Assembly (NCBI RefSeq): GCF_000981445.1
Contig: NC_027217.1
Span: forward strand, 2,108,001 to 2,172,000
Length of the DNA stretch: 64,000 nt
DNA from: Babesia bigemina
Lineage: Eukaryota
Reading direction: 5' to 3'
Shown here: piece after piece, positions 13,042 to 24,927 of the stretch
Layout of the letters: every line of letters starts with the position of its first letter
Numbering within the stretch: the first letter of the stretch is position 1
The notes under the pieces: generated by a model
The model's database searches: none
Told to the model about the DNA's origin: nothing
Seen by the model: the letters and a program-made list of their open reading frames with translations, nothing else
Position numbers and translations under genes: made by a program

Positions 13042-13523
13042 GGTATATGGGTGTCGTGTTGAAATACCGCGTCAACAGCGGTGGTTACGGGCTGGCGCCG
13101 TGTTACAACCGGCCGTGTACGTGCGCCCGGGGCTTACGATCCGCGCGCAGGGTCGCCGGAGTTCGACGGACACCGTCCTACCGGCACATCACTCGGCAGT
13201 ATGTCGCCGACGCTACGGGGGGATAGGGGAAATTTGTATGTGAAGCGTGGAGTGAAAGTGGGCCGCCGTAAGGGGCGCCGAGGGTGTAGAGCATCCGCCG
13301 GGATGGGGGCGTGACACACCCAGTAATCCGGCAGGAACAGCCCCTAGACACGGCATTCGCGCTATTCTAGCACGGATTCGCAAGGGGCTCACCTACGGCC
13401 GTCAGTACAGGCTCCGCTGTGCTTCAGCGAGGGCAGGCGGCAACCGTAGGATTCCGCCGCCGTTGAGGCGCTGTCTAGCGAAAGTGACCTGATCGACGGA
13501 TTTGACACTCCTAGCTTGACACC

Positions 13524-15360
13524 ATGGACAAGACCGTCAAAGTGGCGTCGGAAGAGTAGGTTTGCGCTTTCAAAACGGCAGATCGGGCCGCTGTTAATGC
13601 CAACTGCTCTGCTAACAAACCAAAGTGCAGCTTCACTAACGGTCATGCAGCGTGATCAAGCTGATCCTCCAGTACCTCAAGGAGAACAGGCTCTCGAAGT
13701 CGCTGATGATGCTGCAGGAGGAGGCTGGGGTGTCGCTGAACAGCGTGCCGAGCGTTGACTCGCTGGTTGCGGACGCGCAGATGGGCCGGTGGAACCAGGT
13801 GCTCGACGCTGTGGACACCATGTCGCTTTCGCAGGAGACGCTGTTCAAGCTGTACGACCAGGTACGACGGAGCTATGTATGCACCTAAGTCACTGGCAGA
13901 TAATCAGAGAGCTGGTTGACCTCCGGGAGAGCACGTTGGCCACCGCCGTCCTGGAGAACGCGCTGCCGATGCGCGAGATGGAGCGCGAGCATCCCGATAA
14001 ATATCGCATTTTGGCTGACCTGTGCCGGAAACGCCCCGCCGAGACGCGCGAAATATACGCAAGTTCACACGACGCCGTCGGCCAGCAGCCACTCACCAAA
14101 GACAAGCGGCGCGCCATCGTTGCGGAGGCGCTGAAGAGCGAGATTGACAGCGTCCCGCCGTCGAGGCTCACCGCGCTCTTGGGCATGGCGATGAAGTGGC
14201 AGCACAACGTGGGCATCATTTCCAGCGGCGACCAGTTCGACGTGTTCCGCAACACCTCCACCACGGCCACGAGGGGCGATGAGCCGAGTGTCAAGGAGGT
14301 CGCCAAGATAATCAGATTCGCGGACAACGCGCACCCCGAGTGCGCCATATTCACGCCCAACGGCCAGTACCTAATCTCTGGGTAGGTGTCTGCCCCCGCT
14401 GATCAAAGTCCGCAGGTCATCCGACGGGTTCATCGAGGTGTGGAACTGGCACCTCGGGCAGCTTGACCCCGATCTGGAATACCAGAACAAGGACCAGTTC
14501 ATGCTGCACGAGACGCTCATCGTGAGCCTCGCCGTCAGCCGTGATTCCGAGATCCTGGCGAGCGGCGACAAGGACGGCCACATCAGGATCTGGAAGATAG
14601 CGACCGGGGAGTGCGTGCGCAAGATGAACAACGCCCACGACGGCGCAGTCACGTGCATGACCTTCAGCCGCGATTCCACCAGCCTGCTTACCGGCTCCTT
14701 CGACAAGACGGCCAGGTGAGCACCGTGCCGGGCGAGCAGACATGGTGGCGCAGGGTCCACGGCCTCAAGTCAGGCAAGCCCTTAAGGACGTTCAAGGGCC
14801 ACCACTCGATAGTCAACGCCGCCATCTACTCCTACGACGGGACCAAGGTGATCACTGGATCTAGCGACGGCTACGTCAAGATCTGGGACAGCCGCACCAC
14901 CGACTTGCTGAAGTCGTTCCTAGCCTTCACCGGCAGCGACCCCAGCAGCGGCTTGAAGCCCGAGACCCCGAGACCGGTGAACAGCATCCTGAGCCTGCCG
15001 TACACGGGCGGCGACGAGCTCATCATCGTGTGCACCCGCTCCTCGTCGTTGTCGATCTACAAGCTGAACGGGATCTGCGTCAAGCACTATTCCGTGGAGG
15101 AGACCGCCGGGAACAACTTCCTCGACGTAGCGGGTACGGTGGTAACACGCGTTCCTCACAGCTGTGCAGTGTCAAGGAAGCTGAACTGGGTTTACTCCGT
15201 CGGCGAGGGCAACTGGCTGTACTGCTTCAACAAGGCCGGCGCCCTGGAACACAGCTTCAAGGTCCACGACAAGGACGTGATCGGCATCGCGCACCACCCG
15301 CAGGACGCCGTGGTAGCCACGTGGGCGCTGGACGGCACCATCAAGCTGCTGTATCCCTGA
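13524..15360 (+). CDS. SMU1: WD40-repeat spliceosomal protein SMU1; multi-exon
   Basis: LisH VIKLILQYLKENRL, VPPSRLTALLG..KWQ, WD repeats SRDSEILASG, RVHGLKSGK. Confidence 0.93.
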
Positions 15361-15836
15361 GCTTCCCGGTGGAAGGCAGACGCAGACCGGTGACCTGCGG
15401 GCGCCACCAAAAACGCAGTAACATTGAGCAGTAGCTGTACACTGTAGCTGTTGTGTTTGGTCACGAGTGTTAATGGCGTCAAAACCGCTCTGTGGCGACT
15501 GGGCGGCGCCAACTGCTGCCCGTTCAGGGTGGGTGTGTGGACGCTCTCGATGCCAGCACATCGAAGCATCGCGCATATAGGGACGCAACAAGCGCTTCCA
15601 AATGCTTTTTATCGCATTCCGTTGCCATTAAGGCAAAACTGCAGATCTGCTGCCGCTGTTGCTGCTGCATTGTCCGTTGTCGCACGGCAGCCTTCTGCCG
15701 GTAGAAGCAGCTGGCAGACGGCTTCACAGAGGCCACAATGGCGCATTAAGCATATATTAGTGCCTGCTGTGCTCAAATCTCAGCCACACGCACGCTGCGG
15801 CCGGCGCAAAGGCTGCTGCACATTTTGGATTCCACG

Positions 15837-17856
15837 ATGTCTAGTCTGAGGAACTTCAGATCGGCTCTTGACAGCCAAACTTCCAGCACGGCAAGACACC
15901 AGGCGCAACCCGCGGCTGCGAAATCGCCGCTGACGAACAAGAGGGAGTGCGTCCAGTGCATTTTGGCCTTTCTGGCCGCGCGTGACTTCCACCCCTGCAC
16001 GGCGAAGGAGCTTCTGCGGTCGCCGCCGCTCCAGACGCTGCTGGACATATGGAACTTCCTCTTCAGGTGGGTTAACGCCGCTGCGGGTTCACGTTGCCCA
16101 GCTACATCGACCCGAATGCGCACATCACGAAGGAGAACATGGCGGTCGAGGTGCCGAAGTTCTTCAAGGAGTTCGGGTACCCTCACATAATGAAGACATC
16201 GCACCTGAGGACCCCGACGGCGGACCACCAGTGGGAGGCCAATCTGGTGGCTCTGTCGTGGCTGTGCAAGCTGCTTCTGTATGAGCAGGAGGTGGGTTGC
16301 GCAGCGTGCCTCTGAGACCACACCGCGCCGCAGTGCTTCGACAAGCCTTTCGAGGTCACCAAAAAGAGGCACGGCTCGCCCTACATGGGCCTGGATTTCG
16401 GCGCGCACGGGAAAGCCACGATTTCCAACACGATGGTGGCCCAGTTTGTCACGGAGCAGGCCACCAAGCACTTCCAGCTGTACCTGAAAGGCGAGGAAAA
16501 CAGCGTGCAGCTGGTGGAGCAGTTCCACCGCGATGTCACTGAGCTGGTGGCGGGTGTCCAGGACAGCGTCGACGGCAAAATCCGTGAGCTTGAGGAGCTG
16601 CGCGGGCAGACCCTGGAATTGCAGGAGGAGCTGGAGTCGTTCGCCCGCACCAAGGAATGGATAGAGAAGGCCAATGTGGAGCTGCAGCGCATCGAGGAAC
16701 TGACAGCTTCCGTGCGCGGCACGTGCGTCCAGGCGGTAGGCCAAATCTGGCTCCCAACAATAACGCCTCCAGGCTGAGACTCTGAAGAGGCACAAACAGA
16801 CGCTGCGGGACGAGGAGGCCGCGCTGGCCGCGCAAGAGGAGCAGAACGCCGACATCGAGAAGTTGATCGAGCAGCAGGACATCAACAAGAACGTCGTGCA
16901 GGAACTCAATAACACCATCCGCGCTCTGAAGGTCCGCATCGCCGACGGCAATCGCAAAATCAAGGAGCTCGAGCACGACATCGCCTCGAGCAAAACAACC
17001 GTGAGCCAATGTAAAGACACAGCTAAGCTGTTTAGGCGCAAACCATGGAGTCACAGCTGGTCAGGTTGCAGAAGGCGCTCGCCAGCACGCACGAATCCAT
17101 CAGGAACTTCCTGGTGAACAACGGTCGGCATGCGGAGTCGTGGCGCAGCCTCGGCCAGCTGCGCATCAACCCCCAAGGCATCAACGAGAGCGAGATACTG
17201 GGCGTGGAGCCCGCAACGTACAACGGCGTGCTCCAGGACGTCATCAACAAGGACCGGGAAGCAACGCATGAGAGCAGCGAGGCCCGTACGGAGCTCGAGC
17301 AGGCCAACCAGCATCTGGAGGCGCTGGGCAACGAGATCGCGCGCGAGACATCGGAGATACTCCGGGAAACGTCGTCGCTGATCAAGAACCAGCACGTGGA
17401 GGAGAAGGACGCCCGCGTGCAACTGGAGGCGAGCGAGCTGGCCGCCGTGATACGTGCCGCCGCCAACGACGAGCTGGTGAGTCGTCTAGACAACCGTGAC
17501 CTGCGTGGCCTAACTGGCGCACAGGAATCGACTAAGCGCGAGTTGGAAGCCGTCGAGGCGGAGGTCGCCGTGGCGCACGCCCAGCTGCAGCAACAGGACG
17601 CCGCCGCCCAGGAGGCGTGGCAGGTGTTTGTAAACAGGTTCAAGGAGGTGGGTGGCCACGTTTGAGCTGAATCACGAAATAAATTACAGATGTTCCAAAT
17701 AGCTCGCAGCTCCAAGGAGTCAAACTGCCATGCACTGCGCGGGTGAGCCTTTATCGAAATTAGCTGAGCGACCGCAGGCTCATCGGCCTGGAGCATCGCC
17801 TTTTCAGCGGCGGAGACGATACGCAGCACGAGGCGGCTTCTGAAACGACCTGCTAG
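15837..17856 (+). CDS. NDC80: Kinetochore protein Ndc80/HEC1-like; multi-exon
   Basis: CH-like region (SPLTNK..CVQCILAFL, IWNFLF..IDP, FKEFGYP, HQWEANLVALSWLCKL) followed by a long coiled coil; manual splicing ends ..ASETTC TAG at 17854-17856. Confidence 0.8.
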
Positions 17857-18810
17857 CTAACTATTCTCCTGGAGGTACCACGGGTTGGGTTCCCACCAGG
17901 GAAACAGGCTCAACACGTAGGCCGCCACCAACTGGTACAGCACCTTGGTGATATACCCTGGTGCCCGTCGGCGCGTGGTCGTGCTGCGTCCCTCCGTGGG
18001 CGCAGGTTCCGCGCTCGCAGGCTGTGGCGCCGGCGTCACGGCATCGTCGTTGCTGCGTGCGGCCGGTGGTGTGTCGGCGGCGGTGTTTGTAGTGGCGTTG
18101 GCGTTTGTAGTGGCGTTGGCGTTGGCAGCGGTAGCTGTTGGAGGGGGTGCTGTGCGATTGAGGAAGGGCACGAAGCGACGAGTAGTGCGATAAATGCGCC
18201 CAGTGACCTCCCTGATCCGCGTCTGTAGCTGCCCGTTGAAGATGGGCCACTCGAACACGCTGGCGAACCTGATCCTTATGAAAATGTAGAGCGCGTACAA
18301 CGCTGTGACCACCACATAGCACACTGAGGGTAGCTTGAGCAGGAATATGATCATGATGAGCTTCAAGTAGAGCTCCAGCCGGTAGGTCCTCGCCAAGGTC
18401 CTGAATATCGATGACTCCTCTGCGACCGATTCGTCGTCGCTCATGAGGCCGTCGTCGGCGCTATCCCCCTCCCCCTTCAAAAGGCCGCGCTGGCGCAGGA
18501 CCGTCTCCCGCAGCGATGTGTAGAGCGCGTAGCTCTCGGAGGGAGCCGTCGACCTTGTCTCAACCCCTCGGTTGACCAGCACCTCCTTGTACGCGTCCAG
18601 GAAGCGATCCTGCCAGTCGAGGTAGGAGCAGAAACACATGAACACCAGCAGGTTCTGCTCCTCCTCGTTCAGCTCCTCCACGTCGAAGTACGGCGGCTCC
18701 GCCGACGCGGGGTCGGACTCCTGCCTCTCGTCGTCGGTGGCGTTCCATGGCGCTCCCTCGTCCGAGCTCGAGGCCGCATCCGAGGAGGAGCGCGACGACG
18801 ACGACATCAT
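17857..18810 (-). CDS. Hypothetical membrane protein (317 aa)
   Basis: Single ORF with coding-like codon bias; hydrophobic hairpin LYLKLIMIIFLLKLPSVCYVVVTALYALYIF and C-terminal YVLSLFPWW. Confidence 0.75.
   Translation of the reverse strand: MMSSSSRSSSDAASSSDEGAPWNATDDERQESDPASAEPPYFDVEELNEEEQNLLVFMCFCSYLDWQDRFLDAYKEVLVNRGVETRSTAPSESYALYTSLRETVLRQRGLLKGEGDSADDGLMSDDESVAEESSIFRTLARTYRLELYLKLIMIIFLLKLPSVCYVVVTALYALYIFIRIRFASVFEWPIFNGQLQTRIREVTGRIYRTTRRFVPFLNRTAPPPTATAANANATTNANATTNTAADTPPAARSNDDAVTPAPQPASAEPAPTEGRSTTTRRRAPGYITKVLYQLVAAYVLSLFPWWEPNPWYLQENS
18086..18125. repeat. Short coding tandem repeat (18-bp unit x2, encoding ANATTN)
   Basis: tttgtagtggcgttggcg repeated in tandem. Confidence 0.8.
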
Positions 18811-19104
18811 TTCACCCCTGCTAGAAGTCCACCGTGACGCCCCGAAGCGTCAAATATTGTATGTGTAGCCGGGACGCGCGGCCGAGGCGTCGCGCCCGGT
18901 CGGCGCTGGGGTCTAGCTGTAGGCGTCTAGCGCTACTTTCCGCAACCTCCGGTACTATCGCGACCACGCTAACCGTATCGATCGCAAATAACATTTTCGA
19001 ATAAGGTGTAGGCGCAGTCTCGTCATGTGCAGCCGATAACGACGGCTACATCGCAGGCTGGTTAGACACGCATCGTGGGCCCGTATCTCCCTAAATTTTC
19101 GAGC

Positions 19105-19635
19105 ATGGGCGTCTTCAGGCAGCTATACTTCGCCCCCAGGGTGCTCAGGAGGCTGCAGGTGCCAGTGGCTTCGACCTACCGCCTCTACACCGCCGGGTTG
19201 GACACCGGCGCCCGGCGTCGCATGGCGGCCTCGGCGATGCTGGGCAGCGTCGCCCCGCCGCCGCTGTTCACCCGGGTGGCGGACCTCAGGGCGGCGCAGC
19301 TGCACAGCGGCACGTGCCCGGCGAACTCCGACCAGGCGACGTCTATCTGCGGCGGCGAGGGCGGCTCCGACGGCGCAGTCGCATGCTCGGGCGACGAGGA
19401 GGACACCGAGGGAACAGAAAGCGGCAGGGTCGCACGCCGCGGCAAAGGCGACGACCCGCCACCGTCAGGCGACGGCACCGGCATGACGGAGGCCCCCGCG
19501 GCCGGCGCCGAGGGCGGGCCTCGCCCCGACGGGCCCTGCAAGAACGGGTTCAAGGAGTACGGGAACGTCTACGAGAAGCACGAGCCCACCATGTTCGGCG
19601 ACTGGAGCCACATGGGCCGCGTCACCGACTTCTGA
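19105..19635 (+). CDS. SDHAF4: Succinate dehydrogenase assembly factor 4 (Sdh8/DUF1674)
   Basis: C-terminal signature EPTMFGDWSHMGRVTDF; Arg-rich mitochondrial-type presequence. Confidence 0.88.
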   Translation: MGVFRQLYFAPRVLRRLQVPVASTYRLYTAGLDTGARRRMAASAMLGSVAPPPLFTRVADLRAAQLHSGTCPANSDQATSICGGEGGSDGAVACSGDEEDTEGTESGRVARRGKGDDPPPSGDGTGMTEAPAAGAEGGPRPDGPCKNGFKEYGNVYEKHEPTMFGDWSHMGRVTDF

Positions 19636-19804
19636 CGCGCCGCGCGGCCACAGCAGCGTGCGCGTGAGCGCAGCGCCCGGGAGGCCCTCCGCGGCCCCTG
19701 GTGTTGAGACTTATCGCTAAAAATTGCAACGTCAGTGTTGAGCTAGAGTTCGCTACGGCGAATCGGCGCCGCGATTTCGCGGCCGCGTGGCGACTTCCGT
19801 CCGG

Positions 19805-20644
19805 TCATTGGAGCGAGAAGTCTACGTACTTGTACAGCAGTTGCGTGTATTCGCGCAGTCGCGCCTTGTAGGTCTCGGGGTCGCCGTCGCCGACGCAGCG
19901 CACCTCGACCAGCAGCGAGTCCGGCGAGACCGGCGTGTTCGGGTTGCAGTCGGCGTAGTGGCGCAGCACCGCGACCTCCACCTGCGAGGGGTTGCCGTAG
20001 TTGCTGGTGAATACGTGCCCGCAGATGAACATGCGGCTGACCACCCGGTAGCCGCACAGCGGCAGCACCGTCAGGATGTCGGCGTTCACTGCCCCGCCGA
20101 TCGGCCGCACCACCACGTCCGCGCTAGAGACCACTGGCTTCTCGTTGGCCTCGACCATGGTGCACTGCCCCGCCAGTGGGCTGGGGGGCTTGTGCACGTT
20201 CACCTTGACGCTGCTCGACTTGACGGTGGCCTCCTTGCTCGTGAAGTTCAGCGAGGCCCGCGCGTGGCGCTCTCCATCCCGCCTGTACGCGAGCAGGTGC
20301 CTGGCCTCCACCCGCTGCGTCTCCATAAGATGCGATAGTGTGTCCAGGAACTCCTGGCACAACGGGCTCTGGTATATAGGGTCCGACATGCGGCTGGGCG
20401 GGTTGGCCTGGGCGGCCTCCGGCTCCGGCTCCGCCGTCTCGGGCACGTGAACGCTCGGGTCCCTGAATATGCCGAAGACGACGTACTCGTACCGCTTCTT
20501 GGACGAGGCCGCTGCAGCGTCCCCGCTCGCTGCGGACATACACTCCCTGTAGAAGGCCTCCAGTTCCGCCTCGGAGTCGGTGTCCGGCGGCTCCGCGCCT
20601 GGGCGCCAGCCGCCGAACTCGTTGGCCGCCCGGTAGGGAATCAT
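19805..20644 (-). CDS. Putative Mediator subunit Med18 (Srb5)-like protein
   Basis: YEYVVFG, VLPLCGYRVVSRMFICGHVF, SLLVEVRC and LREYTQLLYKYVDF follow the Med18 pattern by eye; start taken at MIPYRAAN. Confidence 0.55.
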   Translation of the reverse strand: MIPYRAANEFGGWRPGAEPPDTDSEAELEAFYRECMSAASGDAAAASSKKRYEYVVFGIFRDPSVHVPETAEPEPEAAQANPPSRMSDPIYQSPLCQEFLDTLSHLMETQRVEARHLLAYRRDGERHARASLNFTSKEATVKSSSVKVNVHKPPSPLAGQCTMVEANEKPVVSSADVVVRPIGGAVNADILTVLPLCGYRVVSRMFICGHVFTSNYGNPSQVEVAVLRHYADCNPNTPVSPDSLLVEVRCVGDGDPETYKARLREYTQLLYKYVDFSLQ

Positions 20645-21477
20645 GAAGCACGGCGTTCGGGCAGCGTCGACTCCGCGGCTTGTGACATCGCCAAAGATCC
20701 GTGTTTCACAACATCGCAATTCGGGCGCGCCACTGCACTGCAAGAGACGCGAGGTGTGAGGGCGAATTGGTGTCGCTTTACACCGCGGAGCGCGGAGTAG
20801 GCAGCGGCGCGCGTGTGGACGGCAACGACGCCGGACGTCACACGCAGGCAAAGCGTCTAACTTCGTGAGTGGCACCAACCGCTACAGTGCCAATATCGCT
20901 GACAACTGCGGTAAACTGCAGCAGCCGTGCCAGGAAGGCTGGAGGCGGCCCGCAACGACAACGCCGTCCGCGCTGCCCTCGCGCCAGCTGGATATCAGCA
21001 ATCAACACCGTGTACTGTAAGGGCTGAGTGTGACGCTACTGATGCCGTGACACGAAAAACACGAAGACACCTCCACCGATACGATCACCGGCCTAGTCAC
21101 GCGCGACATCATACATGGCCAGCGCTAGACCCCGGCCGTTGCCACTGAATAACTCACAGAGAAATATACAGCGGTATACCGTCCGCGCTCGCTATGCGCG
21201 CGGAGAATGCACCAGGCATGGGAACGGGCGCTTATGTTGGCGGCGCCGTGAGCGCGGGCGGCCGCGCGTTCGGCGTTAGTGGCCGCTCGACAGGGCGCGA
21301 AGACCCGAGACAGCAACCCACGACGATTGCCGTAATTATTTCCGCAGTGCGGACTGCCGGGTGTGCGAAGCGCTCCGCCCCGACATTTGACGGGGCATTC
21401 ACGACGGAGTGCCAACCCTGCGACGCGGTCACGGAGGGTCCAGCAGCGCCGAAAAAACGGCGTATCGACGCTCTATA

Positions 21478-23661
21478 ATGGATGCCACCGACCCGATAAA
21501 TTCGCCGGAAGGCGAAGCCGTGGACGGCGCCACCGTCGAGCCCAGTGCGCGTGCCCTGAACCCGGGTTCGACGGTGGCCAAATCCAGGGCTGTTGTAGGC
21601 GAGTGCCGCGGTGAGCTTACACTGCAGCCGGATGAAGCTGACCGAATAAACCAGCTGTTATCGCAAGAAAATTTCAGATTCCTTGTCTACACCCCGCAGC
21701 CGGAATCCAGCAAGATGTGGAGGAAGCCAGCCGAATACGAATCCGTTCGCGCCCTGAGCGAGCGTGGCGTCGGCAGCGGTTCGTTTGAGAGCCGCCGCAG
21801 CAAGTCGCAGTTTTCGCTCAAATCCGCGGACAGCCGGGAGGACGACGCGCAGACCGTCTCGTCGTACGACGCGTCGGAGAAACGGTCGCTGCGGAAGCGC
21901 AAGCAGCGCGTGCGGTACTACGAGGAGTTCGCGCAGGACCTCACCGACGGGAACTACCGGGAACTGCGGCACGAAAAGCCGCCCAAATCACAGCGCGAGG
22001 GGCTCAAGAAGCAGCATTCGGGCAGCTACGAGCGCCAGCAGTCGCAGCAGCTCTACCGCGCCGTGCCGATCCTCAGCAGGAACCTGCCGAAGCTGCCCAA
22101 AGACACCTGGGAGTACACCGCGTATCGCATGCTGCAGGCCATCAAGTACATGGACACCGACAAGTGGTTCTGGTACCCCGTGGACCCGGTGGCCGACGGC
22201 GTGCCCAACTACCCCAAGATCGTGCACACGCCCATGGACTTCCACACCATCACCGAGCGGCTGCACATGAGGCAGTACTCCAACCCCTTCGCCTTCCAGT
22301 GCGACTGCAGGCAGATCTTTTTCAACGCGTTCCTGTTCTACCAGCCTGACAACGTGATCTGGCAGGCGGCGGAGCACCTCGCGAAGATTCTGGAGGAGAA
22401 GCTGAGCAACACGCGCTACCTGCACCCCGACGAGTTCCACTCGCTGCTGCAGAAGGGCGAGGACGCCATGCGCGCGACGCTGCTGGAGTACAACGAGGCG
22501 ACGTTCCTGCGCAAGAACAAGTGGAACTCCGGGTCGCTAGGCCTGGACGACGCCGAGGCCATGAAGCCGCTCGAGAAGCGCAAGGCCGCGCAGAACCACC
22601 GCAGCAAGCACGTCATCGACGAGTACATGTACACCGGCGACGACGATGACGACAGCTTCAACGAGCTCTCGTCGGTGGCCTCCGCCGACGACTTCATGCT
22701 GCCGATGGACGGCGGCCGCGGCCGGCCCAAGGGCTTCAAGAAGAAGGGCTCGCACTCGAAGCCGTACGGCCTCAATCGGAAGCACAAGTTCGGCGACGCG
22801 TCGGAGGAGAGCGACTCCGGGCAGCGCGTGAAGTTCGTGGGCGATTTCCCCGTTCCCGAGGTCGGGCGCGTGCTGCCGCCCCCGCCGCCGGCGCTGTCCA
22901 CCATGCAGAAGGCCTCCCCGCTGGACAAGGGCATCACGCCGAGCCAGACGCGCACGCTCCACGTCAACCTCTCGCGGCTGGCGCCGAACCAGCGCAAGGC
23001 GGCGCTGGAACTGATCGAGGACGACCTCGGGATCCTGGGGGAGACGTTCATGCACGACCGCACGTTCACCTTCGACCCCAGCCTGCTGCCCGTGGACAAG
23101 CAGCGGCGGGTGTTTCTGTACGTCAACGCCATGGTGAAGCGCAACATCGAGGAGATGCACGCCGAGTACGCGCGCAGGAAGAAGCCGAAGCCGCAGCCCG
23201 AGATCGCCATCCACGACGCCAAGGAGGTGGTCAGGCAGAACCCGTCGGAGATCTTCGACGCCTCCAGCAGCAGCTCGTCCATCTCCGACGTGGCGTCCAA
23301 CTTCCTGAGCTCCGACGACTTCTTCGACTCGTCGGACGACGAGCCCGTCAGCGTCAACGAGGAGGCGAAGCAGCGCGTGCCCGACGACGCGCCGCTCCCG
23401 GAGTACACGCCGGTGGACGAGCAGAAGTCGGAGAAGGTGCAGCTCACGCGCGGGATCATGGGCGACCACGCCGACTTCTTCACCCACGTCGAGTCGCCCC
23501 CGCTCAACGACGACGGGTCGCAGGGGCAGCAGGGCAAGAAGAGCGCGTGGATGGAGTGGAAGGGCCAGGCCATCCACCACGGTACCGTGGCGCAGGAGAA
23601 CGGCGTCGAGCCGCTCAGCGTCGACGAGAAGATCGCGGAGTCGTTCGACGCCCGCATATAA
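21478..23661 (+). CDS. Bromodomain protein with ET-like domain (BET/GTE-like architecture)
   Basis: WFWYPVDPVADGVPNYPKIVHTPMDFHTI..FFNAFLFY bromodomain; LSRLAPNQRKAALELIE..FTFDPSLLP ET-like segment; Ser/Asp-rich tail. Confidence 0.85.
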   Translation: MDATDPINSPEGEAVDGATVEPSARALNPGSTVAKSRAVVGECRGELTLQPDEADRINQLLSQENFRFLVYTPQPESSKMWRKPAEYESVRALSERGVGSGSFESRRSKSQFSLKSADSREDDAQTVSSYDASEKRSLRKRKQRVRYYEEFAQDLTDGNYRELRHEKPPKSQREGLKKQHSGSYERQQSQQLYRAVPILSRNLPKLPKDTWEYTAYRMLQAIKYMDTDKWFWYPVDPVADGVPNYPKIVHTPMDFHTITERLHMRQYSNPFAFQCDCRQIFFNAFLFYQPDNVIWQAAEHLAKILEEKLSNTRYLHPDEFHSLLQKGEDAMRATLLEYNEATFLRKNKWNSGSLGLDDAEAMKPLEKRKAAQNHRSKHVIDEYMYTGDDDDDSFNELSSVASADDFMLPMDGGRGRPKGFKKKGSHSKPYGLNRKHKFGDASEESDSGQRVKFVGDFPVPEVGRVLPPPPPALSTMQKASPLDKGITPSQTRTLHVNLSRLAPNQRKAALELIEDDLGILGETFMHDRTFTFDPSLLPVDKQRRVFLYVNAMVKRNIEEMHAEYARRKKPKPQPEIAIHDAKEVVRQNPSEIFDASSSSSSISDVASNFLSSDDFFDSSDDEPVSVNEEAKQRVPDDAPLPEYTPVDEQKSEKVQLTRGIMGDHADFFTHVESPPLNDDGSQGQQGKKSAWMEWKGQAIHHGTVAQENGVEPLSVDEKIAESFDARI

Positions 23662-23692
23662 ACCAACGCACAAAATTAGTGTAAAATATGTG

Positions 23693-24752
23693 CTACATCA
23701 CGCCTTCGGTGGAGCGGGCCTTGCCGCTGTCCAGCAGCCTGGCGTTGCGCTTCTCTATCTCCGACGCGGCCACCGCCGTCCAGCCTGCGAGCAGTCACGC
23801 GGCACGCACTGTAAACCCACTTTCGTCGGCGGAGGCCTCGACCTCGGCCTTGAGCTTGCGGATGGCCCCGGCGGGGTCGAGCCCCTTGGGGCAGACCCGC
23901 GTGCAGTTGAGGATGCCGTGGCAGCGGTAGAGCTTCATGGTGTCGTTCACGTCCACCATGCGCTCCACCGTGTACTCGTCGCGGCTGTCCGCGATCCAGC
24001 GGTACGCCTGCATGAGCGCCGCGGGCCCGATGTAGTGCTCCGGGTTCCACCAGTAGGACGGGCACGAGGTGGTGCAGCAGGCGCACAAGATACACTGCGC
24101 GGCGTCAAGCCCAGCCCGTGTAACGTACCTCGTACATGCCGTCGAGCCGCGCGCGGTCCTCCTTCGACTGCAGGAACTCGGCCTCCCCGGGCTGCAGAGG
24201 TCAGCGGAGCATGCGGGGCACCTACCTTCGGCGTCTTCCGCTTCAGCCACGGCTGCACCGTGCGGTACTGCTCGTAGAAGTTGGTCATGTCGGGCACGAG
24301 GTCGCGGAGCACGAACATCCCGGGCAGCGGCTGCACCTCGATCTGGCCCCCGGGCTTCGCGCAGGAGTCTATCGACCTGAGGCACGCGAGGCAGTTTTCG
24401 CCGTTCACGTTCATCGCGCAGCTGCCGCAGATGCCCTCGCGGCAGCTTCTCCGGAAGGTCAGCGTGCTGTCCTGCGCAGGTATGGGCGATGATCGGAGGA
24501 GCTCGAGCGGCAGCCTGGCTGGCGGCCACGCCGCTGCTACACCCGGCGGCGCCGGCAACACACCTGTTCGTTCTTGATTTTGATCAGCGCGTCCAGTATC
24601 ATGGGGCCGCAGCTGGCGGTGTCGACGCTGTAGGTCTGCATACGCGGCCGCTGGTACCGCTCCGGCCCGTAGCGGAAGACCGAGAACGTTATCTCGCGAG
24701 GTGAAAACCTGGCGGCACAGCGCCGTATAAGCCCATAATTACACGACGCCAT
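23693..24752 (-). CDS. SDHB: Succinate dehydrogenase iron-sulfur subunit; multi-exon
   Basis: [59 protein letters not shown]. Confidence 0.96.
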
Positions 24753-24927
24753 GGCGTCCTAGTTGCGGTTTGGTGGCATTTAGAGTGCCGAGCTGCCCGC
24801 GCGTGGCGCTACCCGCGCGGCCGTCCTGAGGGGACGAGCGCCTGGAGAGCACATTCAGGCGGGACCGGTGAAAACAGATAGACAACTTCGCCACGAGTCG
24901 GAAGACGCGCATAAGCCGAGCTTCAGC

